A stretch of DNA of 32,000 nt. It comes from Parasynechococcus marenigrum WH 8102 (lineage in GTDB: Bacteria; Cyanobacteriota; Cyanobacteriia; PCC-6307; Cyanobiaceae). The translations under genes were made by a program, and so were the position numbers. Of the stretch, positions 23,654-32,000 are shown one piece after another (positions within the stretch are counted from its first letter, which is position 1; each line of letters starts with the position of its first letter). The stretch covers positions 840,001-872,000 of the forward strand of contig NC_005070.1 in the NCBI RefSeq assembly GCF_000195975.1, read 5' to 3'. Under the pieces are notes generated by a model, which did no database searches, was not told the DNA's origin, and saw only the letters and a program-made list of their open reading frames with translations.

Positions 23654-25210
23654 ATGAGCGATCAGCAGCACTGGGATGCCGTGGTGATCGGCTCCGGCAT
23701 CGGCGGGTTGGTCACCGCCAGCCAGCTGGCGGCCAAGGGAGCTCGCACCTTGGTGCTGGAGCGCTACCTGATCCCCGGCGGCAGTGGCGGTGCCTTCAAG
23801 CGCGAGGGCTATACCTTTGATGTGGGCGCCTCGATGATTTTCGGCTTCGGTGAGAAGGGCTACACCAACCTGCTCACCAGGGCTCTCGCTGATGTGGGCG
23901 AGCACTGCGAGACCATTCCGGATCAGGCCCAACTCGAGTACCACATGCCTGGGGGGCTCAACATCGCCGTTGACCGCGATTATGAGACGTTCATCGCTGA
24001 TCTGTCCGCCCGTTTCCCCCACGAGGCCACTGGCGTCCGCCGCTTCTACGACACCTGTTGGCAGGTGTTCAACTGTCTGGATGCGATGCCGTTGCTGTCG
24101 CTGGAAGATCCGGCATACCTCACCAAGGTGTTCTTCAAGGCACCACTGGCCTGTCTGGGGTTGGCCCGCTGGCTGCCCTTCAATGTGGGTGCGGTCGCCC
24201 GCCAGCACATCAATGATGAGCAGCTGCTGAAGTTCATCGACATCGAATGCTTCTGCTGGTCGGTGATGCCAGCCGATCGCACCCCGATGATCAATGCCGG
24301 CATGGTGTTTTCCGATCGCCATGCCGGTGGCATCAACTACCCCCGTGGTGGTGTGGGTGTGATCGCTGAAAAGCTGGTTCATGGTCTTGAACGCCATGGC
24401 GGCGCCATTCGCTACAAAGCGCGGGTCACCAAGGTGCTGCTCGAGAACGGTGAGGCGGTTGGTGTGAAGCTGGCCGATGGCGAGACCATCCGGGCCAAGC
24501 GGGTGATCTCCAATGCCACCCGCTGGGACACCTTTTCGGGGCAGGACGATGGCTCCACGCGGGCCGGGCAGGCGCTGGTGGATGAAGCCAACACTCCGAA
24601 GAAGGAGGCCTTCTGGCGTCGCCGCTATGTGCCGTCGCCCTCGTTTCTCTCCCTGCATCTGGGGGTTCGTGCCGATCTGATTCCAGCCGGTACCCACTGC
24701 CATCACCTGCTGCTCGAAGACTGGAACCGGATGGAGGACGAGCAGGGGGTGATCTTTGTGTCGATGCCGTCGTTGCTGGATCCTGATCTGGCACCGGCCG
24801 GGCATCACATTGTTCACACCTTCACACCGTCGTCGATGGAGGCATGGCAGGGGCTCTCCCCCACTGATTACCGGGCCAAGAAGGAGGCGGATGCGGCTCG
24901 CTTGATTCAGCGGCTTGAGGCGATCCTGCCTGGCCTCAGTGAAGCCATCACCCACAAGGAGATCGGCACCCCCCGCAGCCACCGGCGGTTCCTGGGTCGC
25001 TTCCAGGGCAGCTACGGCCCGATTCCGGCGATGCAACTCCCCGGCCTCCTGCCGATGCCGTTCAACCGCACCGGTGTACCCAACCTCTATTGCGTCGGCG
25101 ATTCCTGCTTCCCGGGTCAGGGGCTCAATGCCGTGGCCTTCAGTGGCTTTGCCTGTGCCCATCGGGTGGGTGCGGATTTGGGCCTCAACCCCTGGGCACT
25201 GCCGGCCTGA
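23654..25210 (+). CDS. crtH: CrtI-family FAD oxidoreductase, probably carotenoid cis-trans isomerase CrtH
   Basis: WDAVVIGSGIGGLVTASQLAAKGARTLVLERYLIPGGSGG dinucleotide fold, 518 aa. The C-terminal LYCVGDSCFPGQGLNAV is typical of the CrtI/CrtISO family. Assignment to CrtH specifically is by genomic context. Confidence 0.7.
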   Translation: MSDQQHWDAVVIGSGIGGLVTASQLAAKGARTLVLERYLIPGGSGGAFKREGYTFDVGASMIFGFGEKGYTNLLTRALADVGEHCETIPDQAQLEYHMPGGLNIAVDRDYETFIADLSARFPHEATGVRRFYDTCWQVFNCLDAMPLLSLEDPAYLTKVFFKAPLACLGLARWLPFNVGAVARQHINDEQLLKFIDIECFCWSVMPADRTPMINAGMVFSDRHAGGINYPRGGVGVIAEKLVHGLERHGGAIRYKARVTKVLLENGEAVGVKLADGETIRAKRVISNATRWDTFSGQDDGSTRAGQALVDEANTPKKEAFWRRRYVPSPSFLSLHLGVRADLIPAGTHCHHLLLEDWNRMEDEQGVIFVSMPSLLDPDLAPAGHHIVHTFTPSSMEAWQGLSPTDYRAKKEADAARLIQRLEAILPGLSEAITHKEIGTPRSHRRFLGRFQGSYGPIPAMQLPGLLPMPFNRTGVPNLYCVGDSCFPGQGLNAVAFSGFACAHRVGADLGLNPWALPA

Positions 25211-25245
25211 TTCCGTTTCTAAGGTTGCTCATCTGCTGAGGATCC

Positions 25246-25530
25246 ATGGCCTCCGATCCCCAACCCAGCTCTGAGCAGCTTGCCCGTTATCTGGAACAAC
25301 GCGGTGAGTTCACCAAGCCCTGGAACCTTCAGATGCTGCGTTTGCAAAAGCTGAAGGAGGCCAAGGACTCGATGGATCATGAGGAATACATCGCCACCAT
25401 TCAGGAGGCCCATGCCGATCTGATGCGGCTTGGCGCGTTTTGGAAGGGTCGGGAAGCGGAGGTGTTCGGTGGCGCCTATGTCCCGTCTGAACAACTTGAG
25501 CCCCGTCCGGGTTCAGCGGAGGATCGCTGA
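25246..25530 (+). CDS. Hypothetical protein (94 aa)
   Basis: ATG start. Its stop overlaps the start of the next gene (TGATG at 25528-25532). Confidence 0.55.
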   Translation: MASDPQPSSEQLARYLEQRGEFTKPWNLQMLRLQKLKEAKDSMDHEEYIATIQEAHADLMRLGAFWKGREAEVFGGAYVPSEQLEPRPGSAEDR

Positions 25531-26093
25531 TGGTTTCCAGTTCCGGTGTTGAACGCTTCGCTCTGTCGCCGCTGATTCGCACCACGTTACTCAGTTTGTA
25601 TGTGGCGCTGGTTCTACCCCTGCCGCTGTTGGCTCCACAGGAGTTGCGGTGGTGGATGGTAGCCGCACTGTTGTTTGGCCTGATCCTGGTGCTGGGGCTG
25701 CTCAGCGAGCAGGTGGAAACCGACGCCGCGGGTATTCAGGTGCGATATCCGGCCTGGATCCGTTGGCTGTTGCGCCGCGGTTGGTCCATGCCATGGCAGG
25801 ACATACGCGCACTGGTGCCCGTTGGCACCAGTCAAGGGGGCACGGTCTATTACCTGAAGGCAACGGATCTCCGCCACCAGCTTCTGCCCCAGCGCATCGA
25901 GCGCTTCGATCGTTTCCTGGCAGTGCTCAGCGAGCGCTCAACTGTGTCAACAGCCGGCATCGGCCGGTTGACACCGCCCTGGACCTATCAAGTTCTGCTT
26001 GGACTGGCGCTGTTAATGGTGCTGGCTGAACTGGCAGGTGCGATTGCTTTCAGTCAGCACTGGATCAACTTGCCGGCAGGGTATCCAGGCTGA
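25530..26093 (+). CDS. Membrane protein of unknown function (187 aa)
   Basis: Has three to four hydrophobic segments and is translationally coupled to the upstream ORF. Confidence 0.55.
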   Translation: MVSSSGVERFALSPLIRTTLLSLYVALVLPLPLLAPQELRWWMVAALLFGLILVLGLLSEQVETDAAGIQVRYPAWIRWLLRRGWSMPWQDIRALVPVGTSQGGTVYYLKATDLRHQLLPQRIERFDRFLAVLSERSTVSTAGIGRLTPPWTYQVLLGLALLMVLAELAGAIAFSQHWINLPAGYPG

Positions 26094-26844
26094 ATCGGTA
26101 GCCCCGCTGACGCACCGTGGTGATGCCGCCGCCTTCACCAAGCCCTGCCTGCTCAAGTTTGCGGCGCAGGGTCAGCACCTGTGTGTCGACTGAACGTGGG
26201 CCACCGCTGAAGGGCGGCCAGGCCATCCGAAGCAGTTCCTGGCGGCTGCGCACCAGGCCGGGCGGCATCAGCAGGGCACAGAGCAGGGCGAATTCCCTGG
26301 GGCTCAGTTCCACAGGCTGGTCTCGCAAGGTGACCTGCCGCAGAAGCAGGTGAACCTCCAGTGGTCCTACCGTGACTCGCTCCTGCAGGCCGTTGTGCCC
26401 CCGCTTGAGCAGGGTGCGGCAGCGGGCCGCCAGCTCTTCCAGCCCGAAAGGTTTGCGAAGCACGTCATCGGCACCGTCGTCCAGCAGTCCCACCACCGGA
26501 TCTGCTCCGCTTCGAGCAGTCAGCACGATGACGGGGCAGCGCAATTGATCGGCCAGGCGCAGGGCGGAACCCTGTTCAAGAATTTCGGCGCTGACCAGAA
26601 GATCAGGCGATTGATCCTGACAGACCTCGAGAGCTTCGGAGGCTCTGCCTACTGCGGCTGTGAGGTGCCCGTCCTGACGCAGGCGCTGCACCAGAACAGT
26701 CCGCAGAGTGGGGTGCGGCTCCACGACAAGAACGCGTGATGGCTCCTGTCCGGTGCCGGACTGGGGCAGGATCAGCGGATCAGCGCTGGGGGCGCTGGGT
26801 TCAACTGTCAGGTCGCGTGGTGTGGAGGTCACTGATTTGATCAA
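26065..26844 (-). CDS. OmpR-family winged-helix response regulator with an atypical receiver domain
   Basis: The receiver has VIVLTARS and LRKPF, and the C-terminal is LSPREFALLCALL...TVRQRGYRF. The acidic pocket reads VVEPHP and the phospho-acceptor position reads DLLVSAE, with no Asp. The TTG start is uncertain. Confidence 0.8.
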   Translation of the reverse strand: MIKSVTSTPRDLTVEPSAPSADPLILPQSGTGQEPSRVLVVEPHPTLRTVLVQRLRQDGHLTAAVGRASEALEVCQDQSPDLLVSAEILEQGSALRLADQLRCPVIVLTARSGADPVVGLLDDGADDVLRKPFGLEELAARCRTLLKRGHNGLQERVTVGPLEVHLLLRQVTLRDQPVELSPREFALLCALLMPPGLVRSRQELLRMAWPPFSGGPRSVDTQVLTLRRKLEQAGLGEGGGITTVRQRGYRFSLDTLPAS

Positions 26845-26909
26845 CGCGCCACTACGCTAAGCGGAAAATTCTGTACCGCTGGTAGCAGAGGCAGCTGTCT
26901 TCTCAACCG

Positions 26910-27182
26910 ATGACGTCTCTTGACGATCCGGAATCCATCCGCCATTTCCAGTCCCTGTGTGATGCCTGCCAGGAGCTGACAACCCGCTATCACTCACCGT
27001 CTGAGCTGAGGTTGTACGCCGACGGCTATCTTCATGCCCTGCGTCGCTGCGGCAGCCTGGATTCCAGCCAGCAGCACAGGTTGGAGCAATTGATCGACCG
27101 CTGGATCATGGATCCCTCCAGCTTCATTGGACCCGATGGGGACGTCAGCACCCTGTATCTGCGACGGCCACATAGTTATTGA
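26910..27182 (+). CDS. Hypothetical protein (90 aa)
   Basis: ATG start, core-like composition, no motif recognised. Confidence 0.5.
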   Translation: MTSLDDPESIRHFQSLCDACQELTTRYHSPSELRLYADGYLHALRRCGSLDSSQQHRLEQLIDRWIMDPSSFIGPDGDVSTLYLRRPHSY

Positions 27183-27506
27183 TCAGCTGGCGAGGGCAAT
27201 CTCGAGCTTTTCCTTCAATTCACCGGCGTTGTACATCTCGATCAAGATGTCGGAGCCGCCGATGAACTCTCCGTTGACATAAACCTGAGGAATCGTCGGC
27301 CAGCTGGAGAAGTCTTTGATGCCCTGACGGATTTCCATATCGGAGAGCACATCAAAGGTTTCGAAGCTGACGCCCAGGGAGTGGAGAATCTGAACCACGT
27401 TGTTCGAGAAGCCGCACTGGGGCATCAACTTGCTGCCCTTCATGAACACAAAGATGGTGCTTGAGCTGATCAGGGCCTCAATGCGGGAGCGGGTGGAGTC
27501 GTCCAT
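27183..27506 (-). CDS. grxD: Monothiol glutaredoxin (Grx4/GrxD, CGFS type)
   Basis: VFMKGSKLMPQCGFSNNVVQIL, WPTIPQVYVNGEFIGGSDI, 107 aa. Confidence 0.92.
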   Translation of the reverse strand: MDDSTRSRIEALISSSTIFVFMKGSKLMPQCGFSNNVVQILHSLGVSFETFDVLSDMEIRQGIKDFSSWPTIPQVYVNGEFIGGSDILIEMYNAGELKEKLEIALAS

Positions 27507-27514
27507 GGGAAATG

Positions 27515-27763
27515 TCAGGGGCTGGGGGAATCTGTCGGGGTGGCGGTGGTGAGGGCCAGGGCATGGATCGCTTCGCTGGCCAGTTCCTGTTGCAGTGCTC
27601 CGTAGACCAACTGATGCTGGCGGATCCTGGACAGACCCTGGAAGGCCACAGACACCACACTCACCTGAAGATGATCACCGCCTCCGGTGAGGTCCTCTAC
27701 GGTCACCTTGGCATCGGGGATGGAACGCTGAATGGCGGCTTCAACGGCGTCCGGCTGAACCAT
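27515..27763 (-). CDS. bolA: BolA-family protein
   Basis: [28 protein letters not shown]...IHAL matches the BolA fold signature. It lies immediately upstream of grxD, a known partner pairing. Confidence 0.8.
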   Translation of the reverse strand: MVQPDAVEAAIQRSIPDAKVTVEDLTGGGDHLQVSVVSVAFQGLSRIRQHQLVYGALQQELASEAIHALALTTATPTDSPSP

Positions 27764-27814
27764 GGGAATTGAAGACCTGAACGGAGCGATGCTGACAGAA
27801 GGGGTTCGCTGATG

Positions 27815-28345
27815 TCAGCTGCCGGCTGGAGCAGCTCCTTTGAATTCGGTGTCGACGAAGCCGAGTTCCAGCAGGCTCTGGTAAGCCTTGCGGCCCTGGG
27901 GCTGTGCTGGAGTCATCAGCTTGACGACCTCCACCAGCACAGGAACGGCAATTTCCGGCTGATTCTGACGACGGAACAGCGCGGCAAGGCGCAGATCCGC
28001 TTCCGCCAGCAGTCCGAGGGCCTCGCGACCCTTGGTGTCCATTTCGCGGGGGATGCGGGCATCGAGTCCGCGGAAGGCACCGCTCAGGTCTCGGTAGAAG
28101 GCCAGCAGCTGCTTGGACGCCTTGCGGGCATTGTCGTATTCCTGGCGCGCCTTGGTGAGATCTCCGGCTGCAGCGGCGGCATCACCCCGGTTGATCATCG
28201 CCTGCACAGCCGCTGGATTGAATCCATCCGCCTTCTGGGCCAGAACGCGATCGCTGGATGCTGCCTCTTGAGCCACCACCGGCAGGCCAGCCAGGCCCAG
28301 ACTCGCCACCAGGGCCATGGCGGAGAGCAAGGAACGACAACCCAT
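27815..28345 (-). CDS. Secreted helical protein of unknown function
   Basis: The ATG at 28345 (MGCRSLLSAMALVASLGLAGLPVVAQ) gives a signal peptide and removes the overlap with plsC. The track ORF extends to 28480. Confidence 0.55.
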   Translation of the reverse strand: MGCRSLLSAMALVASLGLAGLPVVAQEAASSDRVLAQKADGFNPAAVQAMINRGDAAAAAGDLTKARQEYDNARKASKQLLAFYRDLSGAFRGLDARIPREMDTKGREALGLLAEADLRLAALFRRQNQPEIAVPVLVEVVKLMTPAQPQGRKAYQSLLELGFVDTEFKGAAPAGS

Positions 28346-28373
28346 GGGGCAAAGAAGTTTGAAGATTCGGACT

Positions 28374-29090
28374 TTATAAGGAGTACAAAGGTCTGCCCAC
28401 TGCTGCACGGGCCGCTTGTTCAGCCGTATGCATTGCGTGGGCGAGGTCCTGATTGAACCGCAATCCGGACTCCCGTCCACCCGTTGTGGGAACGTTCATC
28501 GGTTCGCCGAAGCAGAGCGCTGCCCTGCTGAATGGCCGAGGTGGCCTCTGGCCGTAGCCGATGCCAACGGGGACCACGGGAACGCTCAGCCCCTGCCGCT
28601 CGGCCAGCTGCACCAGACGAACGAGCCCCTGATGCAGCCGGATCGGTCGATCCGTGCGTTGGATTTGTCCCTCCGGGAAAACCACGAGTTGCTGGCCAGC
28701 CGTCAGCAGATCAATGGCCAGCCGCAGGGTGGTCAGTGATGGGCGCCGCTGATTCACCGGAAAACAGCCGAGTCGCTGCAAGAACCAACCCTGCAGGCCG
28801 CGCATCTCGGTGGTCGTCACCATGAAGCGGCAATCCCGACCGGTGACCCGTCGTCCCGCTGCCATCGGCAGCATCAGGGCATCCCAGCGGGCCCGGTGGG
28901 TGGGGGCCAGCACCACAGGGCCGCTGTGGGGCAAATGTTGCGGATTCAGCACCAATCGCTCACGAAATTGCAGCTTCAGTGCGATGTCCTGAGTGACCAG
29001 CATCGCCAGGGGGGCCCAGCGAGGGTCGATGCCCACCTGCAGTGCGGATTCACGGTTCGCCAGGGCAGCTGACAACAGCTGAAAGCGCAT
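28374..29090 (-). CDS. plsC: 1-acyl-sn-glycerol-3-phosphate acyltransferase
   Basis: Acyltransferase motif [10 protein letters not shown] (H-x4-D), motif III VFPEG, 238 aa. Confidence 0.8.
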   Translation of the reverse strand: MRFQLLSAALANRESALQVGIDPRWAPLAMLVTQDIALKLQFRERLVLNPQHLPHSGPVVLAPTHRARWDALMLPMAAGRRVTGRDCRFMVTTTEMRGLQGWFLQRLGCFPVNQRRPSLTTLRLAIDLLTAGQQLVVFPEGQIQRTDRPIRLHQGLVRLVQLAERQGLSVPVVPVGIGYGQRPPRPFSRAALCFGEPMNVPTTGGRESGLRFNQDLAHAMHTAEQAARAAVGRPLYSL

Positions 29091-29153
29091 TTGAGCGCAG
29101 CGAACCTAAAGCCAAGTCCGCCCTGCATAGGATCGGCTCAGACAGACGTTGGT

Positions 29154-29903
29154 ATGGCCAGCCTCGGGGTCAACATCGACCACATCGCCAACATTCGGCA
29201 GGCACGCCGGACGGTGGAACCAGATCCTGTGCCCTTCGCCATGCTCGCCGAACTCGGTGGTGCCGATGGCATCACGGTTCATCTGCGGGAGGATCGCCGC
29301 CACATCCAGGACCGTGATGTGCAGCTGCTGCGTCAGACGGTGCGCTCCCGACTGAATCTGGAGATGGCAGCGACGCAGGAGATGGTGGAGATCGCCCTGG
29401 CCGTTGAGCCAGACATGGTCACCCTTGTGCCGGAAAAGCGGGAAGAGGTCACTACCGAGGGAGGGCTGGATGTAGCTGCGCAGTTAAGCGGGCTGACACC
29501 AATGGTGGAGCGGCTGCAGCAGCGAGGCATCCCCGTGAGCCTGTTCGTTGATGCTGAAACCACCCAACTGGAGGCCTGCCGCAACAGCGGGGCTCACTGG
29601 GTGGAACTGCACACCGGGACCTACGCCGATGCATCCTGGGCCGATCAGCCCGGTCAGCTGGCGCGCATCACGGAGGGGGCTGCCACAGCACGCCATCTCG
29701 GCCTTCGCGTCAACGCAGGCCATGGACTCACCTATCAGAACGTGGAACCGATTGCTGCGATTCCTGGGATGGAGGAATTGAACATCGGCCACACGATCGT
29801 GGCCCGTGCGGTTGCCGTCGGTCTGCAACAAGCGGTGCGCGAGATGAAGGCCTTGATCCAGAATCCCCGCCTGGATCCCCTGTTCGGACACGCGCTCGGA
29901 TGA
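29154..29903 (+). CDS. pdxJ: Pyridoxine 5'-phosphate synthase
   Basis: [50 protein letters not shown]. The ATG at 29154 gives the usual length of about 250 aa. Confidence 0.9.
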   Translation: MASLGVNIDHIANIRQARRTVEPDPVPFAMLAELGGADGITVHLREDRRHIQDRDVQLLRQTVRSRLNLEMAATQEMVEIALAVEPDMVTLVPEKREEVTTEGGLDVAAQLSGLTPMVERLQQRGIPVSLFVDAETTQLEACRNSGAHWVELHTGTYADASWADQPGQLARITEGAATARHLGLRVNAGHGLTYQNVEPIAAIPGMEELNIGHTIVARAVAVGLQQAVREMKALIQNPRLDPLFGHALG

Positions 29904-30223
29904 CTGATTATCACTTCGTTGCTGCCAGCGAGCGGTTTCTGACCGTTGAAGAACCGTTGGAAGAAGTGCTGCGGGAACGTCGGCGCAACTATGAGGAGAA
30001 CAGCAAAGCCATTGATTTCTGGTTGGTGCGTCAGCCCGCCTTTCTGGAAACCAACGAGCTGAGCGCCATCAACAGCCAGCTGCCCAAACCGGCTGCCGCC
30101 GTGGTGTCCACCGATCCCACCTTCATCACTTTCCTGAAGTTGCGATTGGAGTACGTCCTCGAGGGAAGCTTCGAGGCTCCTTCCGCAGCAATTCCCGATG
30201 CCCTGGCCAGCACCGCCGCATGA
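29900..30223 (+). CDS. ycf54: Ycf54-like protein (DUF2488, Mg-protoporphyrin monomethyl ester cyclase factor)
   Basis: [28 protein letters not shown]...IDFWLV.QPAFLE...[15 protein letters not shown] matches the Ycf54 family as I recall it. Its start overlaps the pdxJ stop. Confidence 0.8.
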   Translation: MTDYHFVAASERFLTVEEPLEEVLRERRRNYEENSKAIDFWLVRQPAFLETNELSAINSQLPKPAAAVVSTDPTFITFLKLRLEYVLEGSFEAPSAAIPDALASTAA

Positions 30224-30531
30224 ATCGGCGATCACTTCCGGTGAGTCAGAGGATTGCCCTGCTGGTGCAGGCCCTCGATGGTGCTGAAAAAACCAACAAA
30301 GCGCTTGCTACCTGTGCTGATGGGGAGGCGATGGTGGAAATTCTGCTGGGTGCCTCCGCCAAGCTCGGCCTTGGGCTGACCCGGCGCGATCTGATGGAAA
30401 CTCCGCCGATCCGGGACTGGATCTGGTTCAAGAGCAACGATCCCCTTGTGACGGTGGGGGATGCCAAACCCCGGTACCGCCAGGAATCCGTCGACGACAA
30501 ACCCCGTCGCAAATTTCTCGGTCTGTTCTGA
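30220..30531 (+). CDS. Hypothetical protein (103 aa), faint Nif11-like N-terminal region
   Basis: Its start overlaps the ycf54 stop. ALLVQALDGAEKTNKALATCADGEAMVEILLGASAKLGLGLTRRDL loosely resembles Nif11-type domains. Confidence 0.5.
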   Translation: MNRRSLPVSQRIALLVQALDGAEKTNKALATCADGEAMVEILLGASAKLGLGLTRRDLMETPPIRDWIWFKSNDPLVTVGDAKPRYRQESVDDKPRRKFLGLF

Positions 30532-30545
30532 CAGCACCAGAGCTG

Positions 30546-31217
30546 TTGATCAGACTTCCCACGACTCACGCTGATCTCGTGCAAGCCCCGCCTCTGCTCC
30601 ATTGGGTGATTGGTGACGTGCACGGATGCCATGCCTCCCTGCTTGCCCTATTGACGGTCCTGCCCTGCCAGGACCATCTGGTGTTCTGTGGAGATGTGGT
30701 TAGCCGTTGTGGTCGTATCGAGGCCAGCATGCATCTGGTCTGGGATCTGGTCTGTTGTGGACGGGCGACCTGGTTGAGGGGCAATCACGAACAGGCTCTG
30801 ATCGATGCTCTTTCGGAGGATGGCGAGGGCTCACAACCAGCCCTGACCCGACAGTGGGCGCATCGACTCAACCAACTGCCGCTGCTGTATCTCGCTGACG
30901 GTTGGTGCGCGACCCATGCCGGGTTCAACAGTGCCGGTGAACCGGATCTGTTCATACGCGAGCCGTTCTGGGAGACCTATGACGGTCGCCATGGCCGCGT
31001 TGTGATTGGCCACACGCCGCGCCCTGCGGTTGAACGCCATCAGCGCATTGTTCTGATCGATACCGGAGCGGTGTACGGCGGCCTGCTCTCGGCCTACTGC
31101 CCGGAAACCGATGCGGTGGTGCAGGTGCAGGGCCCGCGCAGCCAGGAGCCGTTCCCACGACCCGTCGATCTGGAACGGGTCCCAGCCGTGATGAGTGGAG
31201 ACCAGACCCGTTGCTGA
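30546..31217 (+). CDS. Metallophosphoesterase (PPP-family Ser/Thr phosphatase / ApaH-like)
   Basis: Ordered motifs GDVHGC, GDVVSRCG, GNHE and GHT. The TTG start is uncertain. Confidence 0.8.
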   Translation: MIRLPTTHADLVQAPPLLHWVIGDVHGCHASLLALLTVLPCQDHLVFCGDVVSRCGRIEASMHLVWDLVCCGRATWLRGNHEQALIDALSEDGEGSQPALTRQWAHRLNQLPLLYLADGWCATHAGFNSAGEPDLFIREPFWETYDGRHGRVVIGHTPRPAVERHQRIVLIDTGAVYGGLLSAYCPETDAVVQVQGPRSQEPFPRPVDLERVPAVMSGDQTRC

Positions 31218-32000
31218 CGCTTTACCGCAGCAATCGGGCTGAATTCCTGGCCACCTTGCTGGCCCGTCAGTTGCTGGAGGAGCGACCGGACCCCTTCGAG
31301 ACGGTGGAGGTGTTGGTGAACACCTGGCCCACCAGCCGCTGGCTTGGCGAGCAGCTCGCCACGGCTAATGGCATCAGTTCGCTGGTGCGCTTTCCCTTCC
31401 CCGGCAGTCGTTTGCGGCAGCTGGTGCGACGGGTGCTCGACCTCCCCGATCAGGAGCAGGACCCCTGGCGGGCCACCTCCCTGGTCTGGGCTGTGCTGGA
31501 GCAGATGCCGGCCCTGTTGGAGCAGCCCGTTGCCCGACCGCTGCAGCTCTGGTTGCAGCAACGAGATGGTGGTGATGCTTCGGGGCTGAGCCGGGATCGT
31601 TGGCAGCTGGCTCGCGCCATCGCCGATGCCTTCGACGACTACGCGCTGTATCGGCCCGAAACCTTGCACAGCTGGATTCAGAGCCAGGGCAGCCGTGCTG
31701 CATCCGCAGAAACGGACTGGCAACCGTGGCTGGCCAGGCAGCTGGCGGCGTCTCTGCATCGCCAACCGTTCGGCTTGCAGGTGCAGTCCGCTGTGGAGCG
31801 GCTGCGCTCCGGCGCCGTGGACCCCCAGGTGCTGCCAAAGGTGATCCGTCTGTTCGGGATCAGTGCCCTGGCGCCGGTGCAGGTGGAACTGATCCAGGCC
31901 CTCTCAGGCAGCACCGACGTTCAGGTGTATCTGCTCACCCCCTGCCGCGATCTCTGGCAGCGCTGCGGCAATCGCCGTGAGCAGCTGGGAGCAACCTGGA
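31211..32000 (+). CDS. recC: Exodeoxyribonuclease V gamma subunit RecC, N-terminal part (continues beyond window end)
   Basis: My translation from the TTG at 31211 is LLTLYRSNRAEFLATLLARQLLEERPDPFETVEVLVNTWPTSRWLGEQLATANGISSLVRFPFPGSRL. It parallels the E. coli RecC N-terminus (ML.VYHSNR...DPF....ILVQS.GM.QWL...L....GI.AN..FP.P). It overlaps the upstream stop by 7 nt. The frame is open to 32000, so it is absent from the track. Confidence 0.7.
   Translation, partial: MLTLYRSNRAEFLATLLARQLLEERPDPFETVEVLVNTWPTSRWLGEQLATANGISSLVRFPFPGSRLRQLVRRVLDLPDQEQDPWRATSLVWAVLEQMPALLEQPVARPLQLWLQQRDGGDASGLSRDRWQLARAIADAFDDYALYRPETLHSWIQSQGSRAASAETDWQPWLARQLAASLHRQPFGLQVQSAVERLRSGAVDPQVLPKVIRLFGISALAPVQVELIQALSGSTDVQVYLLTPCRDLWQRCGNRREQLGATW

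Overview
This 32-kb window reads as a high-GC (roughly 60% by eye) chromosome of a marine picocyanobacterium, probably Synechococcus-like. Core genes lie at 1-2.4 kb (PNPOx-like, HDAC-family) and at 18.5-32 kb: FAD oxidoreductase, tRNA-Lys, gamma-CA-like, psbY, trmFO, CDF-like, crtH-like, an atypical OmpR-type regulator, grxD/bolA, plsC, pdxJ, ycf54, a metallophosphoesterase and the start of recC. Between them sits a ~16-kb integrative island (2410-18476) inserted into the 3' part of tRNA-Pro(UGG). A perfect 48-bp direct repeat bounds the island. A tyrosine integrase sits at the left end and an excisionase-like / Zn-ribbon / AAA-ATPase operon at the right end. The cargo is compositionally mosaic. 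Two very low-GC cassettes each encode a serralysin-type metzincin with PT-rich linkers, and the larger gene has a recent 381-bp internal tandem duplication. Other cargo is a Na+/glutamate symporter (gltS), a five-gene translationally coupled operon of small exported proteins (one 53-aa gene is missing from the ORF track), a plastoquinol terminal oxidase (PTOX), and two copies of a ~155-167-nt GC-rich non-coding element of unknown function. I saw no CRISPR array, rRNA, transposase or recognisable defence system. Many long track ORFs antisense to the high-GC genes are shadow ORFs. All functional calls rest on motifs read directly from the translations, and nothing was checked against a database. 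The best candidates for novelty are the shuffled metzincin pair, the small-exported-protein operon and the duplicated non-coding element.
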